IMG/VR virus record: IMGVR_UViG_3300045988_157201
Source of the DNA: a virus
DNA length: 64,000 nucleotides
Direction: 5' to 3' (one strand)
This document shows, one piece after another, positions 56,035-64,000 of the stretch. Numbering within the stretch: position 1 is the first letter of the stretch; each line of letters begins with the position of its first letter. Below the pieces are notes generated by a model. That model ran no database searches. It was not told the origin of the DNA and worked only from the letters and a program-made list of their open reading frames with translations. Made by a program: the position numbers and the translations under genes.

Positions 56035-56832
56035 TCACGCCCAATCATCCAATAATTCTTTGTTTTGTTGTGAGATATTAGGATTTTTATATTTATCTCT
56101 TAAAACATCTGTTTCTACCTTATTAGCAATGCCATTTTCAATATCATCATTGATATACTCCGTCTGACATTCTACAAGTGTCCAAGTGTTTACACCCTTA
56201 TCATTGAAATTTTTTGTTGTATCATCAGTTTGTGTTATTTTATACGCAGTAGGGTGTTCTTTATTTTTATCCATTAAAATCCTTGTATCACGCTCTACTT
56301 TGTTGGTTTCATCATTGCTTTGAATATATATCATATATTGAGCTGTACCAACCACTGTCTTATTAGCTTCTTTTACACCACTATTGTATTGAGTGGCATT
56401 AGTTGAATACACAGGATATTCAAGAACAGTATAATCAGTTTCAGGGTTAATGATAAATTTTAACGACCAATTACAATAATACATAACTGCTTTTTCATAA
56501 AATTTATTGTCATCAACCAATCCTACAACAATCCAATAATTGTCTTTGTATTTTATGTAGTCACCACTTGTCAATGTGCCAACAGGGCACAGAACTTGTC
56601 TTTTCTTTGAACTTTCATCATTATCTGATGTTACTTGCTGAACAATTCCCTTAAAAGGAATACCGTTTTCCTGTTTTAAATCAGGTTTGCAAGGGTAATA
56701 AAACATATTATTACCCAATGGACTGTTAAGCATATCATCTATGTATGGAGATTTAAAAAAATCAAAGTCTGTATTCTCATTACCCCCCGTATAAGAGGGT
56801 GGAGAGGAGAATTGAGTCCATTCTTTAGCCAT
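56035..56832 (-). CDS. hypothetical neck-region protein
   Basis: ATG 56832 is 5 nt after GGTGGTGA. 265 aa. Confidence 0.45.
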   Translation of the reverse strand: MAKEWTQFSSPPSYTGGNENTDFDFFKSPYIDDMLNSPLGNNMFYYPCKPDLKQENGIPFKGIVQQVTSDNDESSKKRQVLCPVGTLTSGDYIKYKDNYWIVVGLVDDNKFYEKAVMYYCNWSLKFIINPETDYTVLEYPVYSTNATQYNSGVKEANKTVVGTAQYMIYIQSNDETNKVERDTRILMDKNKEHPTAYKITQTDDTTKNFNDKGVNTWTLVECQTEYINDDIENGIANKVETDVLRDKYKNPNISQQNKELLDDWA

Positions 56833-57226
56833 TGTCATCACCACCATAAGCCGGCTGTTTTGCTTGGTCTAATTTTAACTCTACTTTTGCTCTTGCATAT
56901 TTAAGTTCTTCAAATGTCATTTTCTTAGCTGTGCCTGTATCGTTTAATGATAAATCCTTACCGATAATATTTATTTTCTTGTTTTGTCTATCAAATTCTC
57001 TTTCAAGATAATAAACTTTCATAATATCAGCAATTATTCCCATAGTTTTAAGAGAAACTTTTTTATTAAAATTTCCTGAATCAGAATCATAGTCTAAGTC
57101 ACTAACTTCTCTTTCATATTCTGCTATAGCCAATTCAGCCCATAATTTAGTTAATCCCTCTGGCAATAATGATATTTCTACATATTTCGTCTCAAAAATA
57201 TTAATAATTTGTTCTAATGATGTTAT
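56825..57226 (-). CDS. head-tail connector (gp6-like), putative
   Basis: ...LTKLWAELAIAEYERE... in the adaptor position. The frame is open from 57232. GGCGGTGA (57238-57231) then in-frame ATA 57226. The first canonical start, TTG 57166, has no SD. Confidence 0.45.
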   Translation of the reverse strand: MTSLEQIINIFETKYVEISLLPEGLTKLWAELAIAEYEREVSDLDYDSDSGNFNKKVSLKTMGIIADIMKVYYLEREFDRQNKKINIIGKDLSLNDTGTAKKMTFEELKYARAKVELKLDQAKQPAYGGDDNG

Positions 57227-57240
57227 AACATCACCGCCAA

Positions 57241-57750
57241 TTAAAGTTCACCGTTTTCTGCCATTGTTGAAAATTTATAACCCGTCAACTGTTCAATAGC
57301 ATTTTTTTGAGCAACTGTTGCCTTATCAATTCCTGCTTGAGTTGCAAGGTCAATAAGTGCTTGCTTATCGCCCTCATTATGAATACACTTCTCAATTTCA
57401 GCCTTAAACTTCTTAATATCCTTTAAAGCCAACATCTTTTTAACATTATCCAAAGTCAAAGTATCAGTATGTAATTCTTTTGAGTTTGTAATATGAAAGA
57501 TAGCATTTCTTACAGCTTCATCTTCGATAAAGATACGAGCGTTAGAACCTTTAGTATCAACACCTGTAAACATTACATTATTCATACCAACCTGATTTTC
57601 AACTTCCCGATAAGTTAAGCCATTCCACCTTTTTACACCAGCAGGAATAACAATGTCAGAACGATTTTCACTATCTCTAAAATGTAAAGCATAATTTCTC
57701 AGATTAGTGATGGCAATTCTGCCGTCTGTATTAATTGTGTTATTCGTCAT
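57241..57750 (-). CDS. hypothetical head-associated protein
   Basis: 169 aa, immediately downstream of the capsid gene. Confidence 0.45.
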   Translation of the reverse strand: MTNNTINTDGRIAITNLRNYALHFRDSENRSDIVIPAGVKRWNGLTYREVENQVGMNNVMFTGVDTKGSNARIFIEDEAVRNAIFHITNSKELHTDTLTLDNVKKMLALKDIKKFKAEIEKCIHNEGDKQALIDLATQAGIDKATVAQKNAIEQLTGYKFSTMAENGEL

Positions 57751-57773
57751 TTTTCATTCCTTTTATTAGATTT

Positions 57774-57806
57774 ATGAGTGAGCCAATTAATTTTTGGCTC
57801 ACTCAT
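57774..57806 (-). promoter_or_regulatory. 12-bp stem-loop downstream of the capsid gene (attenuator/RNA-stability element candidate)
   Basis: ATGAGTGAGCCA/TGGCTCACTCAT with a 9-nt loop. No clear U-tract on either strand. Confidence 0.4.
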
Positions 57807-57855
57807 ATTAAGTACATTTATTAAAATGTGAGATTATTTCACTTATACTGAAATA

Positions 57856-58944
57856 TTAATCAGCCTTTGTAACAAGACCAATCTCAAACTCTCTACCCTT
57901 AGTAACATCAGCACCAAGTTCCATATCAAATCTTGTGATTACAGAACCTGTTGAAACATCATTACCTGCCATAGTAGTAAGACCGCCTCGTCTAATAATA
58001 TCAACAGGAGATGTAATACCCTGCGGCACAAAGTAAATATCATCAGTATTAATATATGTCTCAAACGCACTCTTATCAGCAAGTGGCTTAGCAAAGTTAT
58101 ATCCATTTGGAAGTACAATAAGGTTTGAACCCTTATAATCACCGTTATAGCCCTGCTTTGCAATCTCATCTACCTGTGAATCAGTATAGAACGGGAGAGA
58201 TGTAGACGCTACACTTTTATAACCATTGAAACCAGAAATGGTGGCAATATTATTGTAATCCGAAAGAATTGATACCTTACCCATTCTACGAATCTTAGCT
58301 ACCATATTATCAATGGCAGTCTGAGTAAGATTACCAGAATATTCCTCATAAAACTTAACACCTGTTGTGTTATTCTTAAGTGCATCCTTTAAAACACCAA
58401 GAACATATGTAACACCCTTATTGTGCATAGTAGCCTGAATCTGCTCAATTTCCTGTGCATTTGTACCAAGGAAATCCTTACTCTCAAACTCACGATAATT
58501 ATATCTCATACCTGCTGAAATGGTCTGAGTCTTGATAGGATAACTAATTTCCTTACGGTCAGCAAACGATACATCTGAACCCTTAGCCTGAATGTCAGCA
58601 CCAAGATTTTCATATGTCCAAGTATGCTTTACAGGAGTTGCGTCCATACCAATAGTTTTATAATTACCGAGAAGTGAATAAATCTGCATCTGCTTTACAA
58701 GAAGTGGCTCAATACCAATCTTAAAAATAGTATTAAGTTCAGCTCTTGCGGTAGTGTCACCAGCAGCGGCTCTCGAACCAAGTCTTGACATAAGTTCTAC
58801 TGTTGAATCAACTTCCTTGCCATACTTTGAAGTATCAAGACCACGATGAAGTGCCATATTAATTTCAGCAACACGCTTAATCTTGTTCATATCACGAACT
58901 CTTGCTTCTTCTCTATGCTCGTTATTAAGTTCAATCTTATACAT
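57856..58944 (-). CDS. major capsid protein, putative
   Basis: 362 aa, consensus SD AGGAGGT, positioned after the scaffold-like genes. Followed by a strong hairpin. Confidence 0.6.
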   Translation of the reverse strand: MYKIELNNEHREEARVRDMNKIKRVAEINMALHRGLDTSKYGKEVDSTVELMSRLGSRAAAGDTTARAELNTIFKIGIEPLLVKQMQIYSLLGNYKTIGMDATPVKHTWTYENLGADIQAKGSDVSFADRKEISYPIKTQTISAGMRYNYREFESKDFLGTNAQEIEQIQATMHNKGVTYVLGVLKDALKNNTTGVKFYEEYSGNLTQTAIDNMVAKIRRMGKVSILSDYNNIATISGFNGYKSVASTSLPFYTDSQVDEIAKQGYNGDYKGSNLIVLPNGYNFAKPLADKSAFETYINTDDIYFVPQGITSPVDIIRRGGLTTMAGNDVSTGSVITRFDMELGADVTKGREFEIGLVTKAD

Positions 58945-58963
58945 ATAATTTCTTACCTCCTAA

Positions 58964-59422
58964 TTAAACATTTACAGAAATTTCAAGACCATTACCTGCA
59001 TAGTTTGTCTTATTAAGAACCGTGAAGGTAACTGCATAACCACTTGCATCCGAAGTCTTTTCAAACTCACCCTTTGCATTAGCAACCAAAGTATCGCCCT
59101 TGGAAACACTTGAATACGCTGTTGCAAGAATAGTATCATTAATTTCAAGCACTACATCTTTCATAGTTGCTGTGTCAAAAATTCTTGCAAATTCACCAAT
59201 TGCAATCTTATAGTCATCTGTCGAACCTACAAACTCGACAGGTTCTCTTTCATTAATAACAAGCCAAAGTGCTTGCTTCGCAGTTGTAGCAGTAGGAAGT
59301 GCAATAGTGCCAGCCGCTCTGTCATATGTAACAAGATAACCATTCTTGAGTTCAGCGGGAGCTTTTACATTACCTACATTGCGTACAGTCTTAAAGTCGC
59401 CAATATTTTTAAACTTTACCAT
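58964..59422 (-). CDS. head decoration/scaffold-associated protein, putative
   Basis: 152 aa, beta-rich, between the scaffold/protease-like gene and the capsid gene. SD AGGAGGA. Confidence 0.35.
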   Translation of the reverse strand: MVKFKNIGDFKTVRNVGNVKAPAELKNGYLVTYDRAAGTIALPTATTAKQALWLVINEREPVEFVGSTDDYKIAIGEFARIFDTATMKDVVLEINDTILATAYSSVSKGDTLVANAKGEFEKTSDASGYAVTFTVLNKTNYAGNGLEISVNV

Positions 59423-59437
59423 ATTTATTCCTCCTAA

Positions 59438-60601
59438 TTAACACTCAAATAATGAGCTTTCATCATTTTCATTGCCAATATTTGATTCGTCAGGCATTGA
59501 AATATCTAAAAATAAGTTTGTGTCAAACGAATTTAGTTCATTTGATTTTGAATTTTCTTTCTTGATTGAATCAAAACTAAAAGCCTTAGCTTTCATTACA
59601 ATATCATCAACACTAAAGCCACAACCCTTTGGATTTTCTCTAAATGAATTAATTTCAACTTCAATAGCCTTTTTACAATCATCCGAAAAGTCCTTCAACT
59701 TTTCATCAAGAGCATTACATTCAGACTTCTTTTCAATTTCAGCAAGCTGTGTTTCAATTTCGGCTTTACTTGATTTAACCTCATTGATTTCATTAGTAAG
59801 AGAAGAAATAGTTTCATCTTTCTCTGTAATAACCTTATTAAGACTTTCAACTTTTTCATTAAGTTCAACAATTTTGCTATTAAGTTCAGTTACTTCTTTT
59901 GAAGCTTCAATTTCAGCTTTTAAAGAATTTACTTCCCCTGTAATCTTATCGCAAACTTCCTTAAACATCTGTTCAACAGTCATATCAGTCTTTCCTCCTT
60001 CATCTTTGTTATGTTTTGCGTTAAGCTCTGTAACAATGGCACTGTCGTCACCTTGTTTTACAAGTTCACCTAACAAATTAAAACCACAATACTTATAAGC
60101 AATCGGTACTCTGCCATCACCTACATAATCATTTTTGTATTTGATTTCACCACCATTTATAGGAAGTCCAACAATTTCAACGCTTCCATATAAGGTTTTG
60201 CCCTCTTTGAATTTTTGACGGTAATTATCTATAAAAGCACCATACCTAATATAATCCAATTTACCATCAGCCATCGCCACTTTTGTAGGCTTACCGTCTA
60301 TTACAATTTCAGATATATAACCTTTGGAGAAATTACCCACTACACTTGCATCAGCACATTGCAACATACCTTTGCGGTCTTGTGTTCTACCGTGACCCCA
60401 TATTTCAGTTTTTTCATCATCAATAAATTCCGCAGTAATTGATACTCCCTCAATCTGGCTTAAAGCCTGACTTACATACGGTTCTTGCCAAGATATACCA
60501 TTATTTTGGTACTCTTCTGATGTTTCAAAGACTTCGTGTAACACAAACTTAATAGGAACATAATCAGAAACCTGCTCATTGCTTAATTCGTATATATACA
60601 T
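59438..60601 (-). CDS. scaffolding / prohead-protease-like protein with C-terminal coiled coil
   Basis: Globular N-terminal 200 aa, then EVNSLKAEIEASKEVTELNSKIVELNEKVESLNKVITEKDETISSLTNEINEVKSSKAEIETQLAEIEKK. ATG 60601 follows AAGGTGGTG. Confidence 0.45.
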   Translation of the reverse strand: MYIYELSNEQVSDYVPIKFVLHEVFETSEEYQNNGISWQEPYVSQALSQIEGVSITAEFIDDEKTEIWGHGRTQDRKGMLQCADASVVGNFSKGYISEIVIDGKPTKVAMADGKLDYIRYGAFIDNYRQKFKEGKTLYGSVEIVGLPINGGEIKYKNDYVGDGRVPIAYKYCGFNLLGELVKQGDDSAIVTELNAKHNKDEGGKTDMTVEQMFKEVCDKITGEVNSLKAEIEASKEVTELNSKIVELNEKVESLNKVITEKDETISSLTNEINEVKSSKAEIETQLAEIEKKSECNALDEKLKDFSDDCKKAIEVEINSFRENPKGCGFSVDDIVMKAKAFSFDSIKKENSKSNELNSFDTNLFLDISMPDESNIGNENDESSLFEC

Positions 60602-60733
60602 TCGTTTTTTCACCACCTTCTGCATTAGCATAAGTGTATAAATGTGTAAAATTTCACTCGCCAATTTTACACATTCAAAAAGAGGTCATCTCAAAACAAG
60701 ACAACCTCTAATTTAATAAATTATTTATTCACC

Positions 60734-62398
60734 TTAGCCATTTGGAGAGGGTGAATTATTTGCATTATTATTTTTTGATGTTATAGTATTTTCATTTTCC
60801 AAATTCTCAACACTCGGTCTACCAATGTCATTTTTACCTGAATTTGTGTACATAGATTGATGAGGTGGGAACAATTCATCAAAGTTTTGTTCTCGCTCAT
60901 ATTTCATAATATCTATATAAACATCAGGCTCAATACCTACCGAAGCAATTAATGGGGTCATTGCACCACCACAATCAGCATAGAGAGATTTGCATTTATT
61001 GAAACACTTATCTCTATTGAATGGTGTGATTGGTAATACATACATACTAACGCAATTTTCAATATCTTTAATTACATTAAAATTGATACACTTATTTAAT
61101 TCTTCAATATAATCTTCAATAATAGAATATACATCACTTGCTACCAACTCAAGATTTAACAAAGCCGTTGCGTAGTTAGAGCCACTTGATTTTGAACCAC
61201 CATATAATGCTGACGGAGAAAAGCCAAAAGATTCAGCAACATCATCTTTTATTGACTTCTCATTCTTTTCGTCAAATAAACTTGTGTCAATAGTCAGTTT
61301 ATTTATTTGAGTACCTGCCGCCAATGACAAGACAGAAGCTCTCTGCGTATTAGGTTTCTGACTAACGGCACCTTTTAAGGCTTCGTGCTGTTTAATTTGC
61401 TGTTCCTCTGTTAATACGCTTTTTCCTGTACCGTCATTACGCATAGGGAATACTTGATATATCAAATTATTATTAATATTTGAGAGAACACCTCTCTTTG
61501 TATCAATAAAATAATTAGCATATAAAATTTCATCTAACGAGGTTAAAGCTAAAGGAACGCCCCATTTATCTCTTAAAGTATTGTTAATAGCCGTATATAT
61601 TGTTTTACGCCAATCTAATACAACCCAATTTCTGCCATTATTACCTGTTTTATCCCAAATATTATAAGCTCTTGAAATTTCTTTTGGCATTGTAAGTAAT
61701 TGCCTTTTAATTTCATTCTCGGAATAGCAGTCTTTGAAATATTCTAAATTAAAAGCTATGACAGGTACACCATTATATCGTGAAACTAATTGACAATACT
61801 CATTAGGCAAAGAATATATATTTACATCATATTCAGTGTTATTTTTACTGTTAATTTCACCAATTAGTTGAACATCAACATCACTCATATACTTATTCAC
61901 ACCTAATGCTTTTCTTGGAGTTGCCTCAAAATAATAATAACTTGTACCACCAATACATACTTTCTTTGTGTTATCCCTAATTTGTTTCTTATATCTTATT
62001 TGCTTTAAAACAGCATTGTATTTTTCCTTGTTTTTAAGAAAACTCTTTGTGTTACTTTTACCCTTTGGAGAGTGTAATACATAACTCAAATAGTGCATTG
62101 AAGCCATTTTGTTAATGCCAGATTTAATTGCACCATTAGTGTTATACGCCCATACACCTAATTTATAAGCACTCATTGGATATTGTTGTGGCGAAGAGAC
62201 AATTGTTTCTACTTGCTTTAAGGAATATCCCAAAGCCGAAGCTAAAGAATTTCTACAATCTTGGCTACCGCAAAAACCAACAAAACTATAAAATCCGTCA
62301 ATAAATTCAGCCGAATTTAATTCAGTATTATTGTTCTGCGTTTCAACAGAAGTGTTAATTTCGTTGTTTCGTTTGAACAATTTATCAAAAATTCCTAT
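60734..62398 (-). CDS. portal protein
   Basis: About 550 aa, directly downstream of terL. GGTGGTGAG (62410-62402) then in-frame ATA 62398. TTG 62380 lies 25 nt from the SD. Confidence 0.65.
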   Translation of the reverse strand: MGIFDKLFKRNNEINTSVETQNNNTELNSAEFIDGFYSFVGFCGSQDCRNSLASALGYSLKQVETIVSSPQQYPMSAYKLGVWAYNTNGAIKSGINKMASMHYLSYVLHSPKGKSNTKSFLKNKEKYNAVLKQIRYKKQIRDNTKKVCIGGTSYYYFEATPRKALGVNKYMSDVDVQLIGEINSKNNTEYDVNIYSLPNEYCQLVSRYNGVPVIAFNLEYFKDCYSENEIKRQLLTMPKEISRAYNIWDKTGNNGRNWVVLDWRKTIYTAINNTLRDKWGVPLALTSLDEILYANYFIDTKRGVLSNINNNLIYQVFPMRNDGTGKSVLTEEQQIKQHEALKGAVSQKPNTQRASVLSLAAGTQINKLTIDTSLFDEKNEKSIKDDVAESFGFSPSALYGGSKSSGSNYATALLNLELVASDVYSIIEDYIEELNKCINFNVIKDIENCVSMYVLPITPFNRDKCFNKCKSLYADCGGAMTPLIASVGIEPDVYIDIMKYEREQNFDELFPPHQSMYTNSGKNDIGRPSVENLENENTITSKNNNANNSPSPNG

Positions 62399-62415
62399 AA
62401 TCTCACCACCATTCT

Positions 62416-64000
62416 TTAATTACACAAAGGAACATAATTGTTTACAGAAGTTCCTCCTGCCAACTCATAATCAGACTTTCTTCTCAAATGATATAAAAAA
62501 TGACCTAACATAATGAAAGTATAGAAACGGTCATCGTGCATTTTGTTTTCTTTATCTTTTGGGAGTGCATATATAACATTTTTACTTGAATTATTCGTAA
62601 AACGATGAATTGAAGTAATTTCACTTTTTAAAGCATCAATGTTTAAAAGTGCATTTTCTTGCTCATCAGTAAGAGAAATATCTTTATAAATTTCTTCGTT
62701 TTCTTTGTTTTCATCATTTTCATAAATTCTTATACTGCCATTACCACTATATTCTTTAGGAAATTTTATTAAATCCATTGATAACATTTCAAGCGTTTCT
62801 TCGACCATAATGCGTTTCATTGCACGAGGGTCAATGAGTTCAACTTTATCTAAAGCGTTTGGATAAAGCTCATCATAATTTTCATACAATTTATAATCCC
62901 GGTCTATTAATCCCTTGTGTTTCTTTCCAGACTTATCTTCCCAATCTCGCAACAGGCGGTCGCCATATTGCTGACCGCCACCGCCAGCACCAGAGTCAAT
63001 TAGCAATTTATAAACAAATTCATAATCAGGAGCATTACCATTATAATCAACCAACATTTGCCTGATTATTTCAATCTGTTTATTTGAATCAAGTTTATAT
63101 CCGTGCTTATTACCAATATCTACCAAATTTACACAATTAACAATTCGACCATAATATCCGATTTCATCATCAAAACAAATTTCCATTACAGTAACGACAC
63201 TGTTATCTATTGTTCTTGCCGGGTCAAATGCAAGAACATACATATGTTTACCTTCCCTAAACAAGACAGGAAATTCAAATATTGAATTTCTTACAACGGT
63301 TCCCATTTTGATTATTTGATTCACACCGCCATCAACAATTGGTTGATTATAATACTCTCTTAATGCCTTTATACGATTAACTTTTAATGCCGCCTCTACT
63401 TTGTCCATAGTCAACAAAGGAGTCCATTTTTGCCCCTCTATATAAACTTCTATAGCAGTTGTACAATCCATATCACAACAGAAATAATTTCTATCTCCGG
63501 CAATCATCCGCTTTGCAAATTCCTTATAATGCTTATAGAAAATTGTTGTTGTATCATTCTGTGAAGAAGCATAGACCAACTGTGTAGGGCATTGTCTTTT
63601 TTCAATTTTAGGCGAATATGTATCTTGTGTAGATGTTTTAAAATCTGTATTCTGAGTTGCAAAGGCTTCGCAGACAGCTATCAGTTCATCGTTACAAAAA
63701 GCAGCTTCATCAAAAAATACAAGTGTTGCACGCCTACTTCTTGTGTTATCTGGCTTTGAGTTAAGTGTACAAATCTGACTGCCATTAAAAAATTCAACGG
63801 AATATCCACTTGAAAGATGAGAAAAACCTGTTTGTGACGGAGGCTTGATAACAATTTCATTCTTTACAATAGGCTTTAAACTTTTTATCGAATTAGCTGT
63901 TTTGCCTGTATTGAGAATAATCTCCTCAATCTTTGAAAATGTTTCTTTTGCCTGTCCGCCAACAGACGATATAATATAAATAGACTGATTCTCATAAAGA
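62416..64000 (-). CDS. terL: terminase large subunit (5' end outside window)
   Basis: The frame stays open to the window edge, beyond the ORF-track start. Walker B-like ATLVFFDEAAF, then the nuclease half ...LIDSGAGGGGQQ... Confidence 0.8.
   Translation of the reverse strand, partial: LYENQSIYIISSVGGQAKETFSKIEEIILNTGKTANSIKSLKPIVKNEIVIKPPSQTGFSHLSSGYSVEFFNGSQICTLNSKPDNTRSRRATLVFFDEAAFCNDELIAVCEAFATQNTDFKTSTQDTYSPKIEKRQCPTQLVYASSQNDTTTIFYKHYKEFAKRMIAGDRNYFCCDMDCTTAIEVYIEGQKWTPLLTMDKVEAALKVNRIKALREYYNQPIVDGGVNQIIKMGTVVRNSIFEFPVLFREGKHMYVLAFDPARTIDNSVVTVMEICFDDEIGYYGRIVNCVNLVDIGNKHGYKLDSNKQIEIIRQMLVDYNGNAPDYEFVYKLLIDSGAGGGGQQYGDRLLRDWEDKSGKKHKGLIDRDYKLYENYDELYPNALDKVELIDPRAMKRIMVEETLEMLSMDLIKFPKEYSGNGSIRIYENDENKENEEIYKDISLTDEQENALLNIDALKSEITSIHRFTNNSSKNVIYALPKDKENKMHDDRFYTFIMLGHFLYHLRRKSDYELAGGTSVNNYVPLCN

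Noticed and set aside
59472-60098. 208-aa + strand ORF, and similar antisense ORFs at 40619-41152, 49752-50180, 38521-38865 and 50598-50894
   Set aside because: They lie entirely antisense to well-supported - strand structural or lysis genes. They have serine/leucine/isoleucine-rich low-complexity translations and no RBS. These are shadow ORFs of an AT-rich coding strand.
1-64000. tRNA, rRNA or tmRNA genes in the intergenic spacers
   Set aside because: No cloverleaf-compatible sequence (acceptor/T-arm GTTCRANYC pattern) was recognised by eye in spacers such as 1413-1688, 17500-17790, 33252-33448, 34144-34647 or 36574-36997. A tRNA scan would be needed to exclude them formally.

Overview
AT-rich window that reads as a nearly complete genome of a temperate, long-tailed (siphovirus-type) phage of a low-GC Firmicute. 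The host guess rests on GGAGG/GGTGGTGA-type ribosome-binding sites and ChW-like wall-binding repeats in the endolysin. No host flank is visible, and an apparently uninterrupted xis-attP-int junction sits mid-window, so this looks like the unintegrated form. Layout: (1) 1-1640, IS607/IS1341-type element with a decayed tnpA 3' remnant and an intact tnpB. (2) 1689-34143 on the + strand, the early arm. It holds an SSB-like protein and a RecA-like ATPase, a DnaB-like helicase, a TOPRIM primase, a RecJ-like DHH exonuclease, DnaE, a RecD2-like helicase, class III RNR nrdD/nrdG, three intact orphan DNA methyltransferases plus one decayed, a dNMP-kinase-like protein, a ThyX-like protein, dUTPase and excisionase. 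(3) 34144-37907, attP, tyrosine integrase, an XRE-type repressor and an unknown gene preceded by phased repeats. (4) 37959-64000 on the - strand, the late arm: lysis cassette, receptor-binding and tail genes, a 1971-aa tape measure, neck and head genes, portal, and a 5'-truncated large terminase. Main points of interest: dnaE needs both protein splicing (a 421-aa LAGLIDADG intein) and RNA splicing (a group I intron with a LAGLIDADG ORF). nrdD is split by two group I introns carrying HNH ORFs, and its last exon is an 81-nt micro-exon absent from the ORF track. At least seven genes have a strong SD followed at normal spacing by an in-frame ATA/ATT/ATC with no usable canonical start. attP carries arm-type repeats and a likely host-gene 3' fragment. 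Three 37-bp direct repeats are phased at 50 bp. There are also several moron-like cassettes and decay scars. All protein-family calls come from motif recognition by eye and memory; no searches were run.
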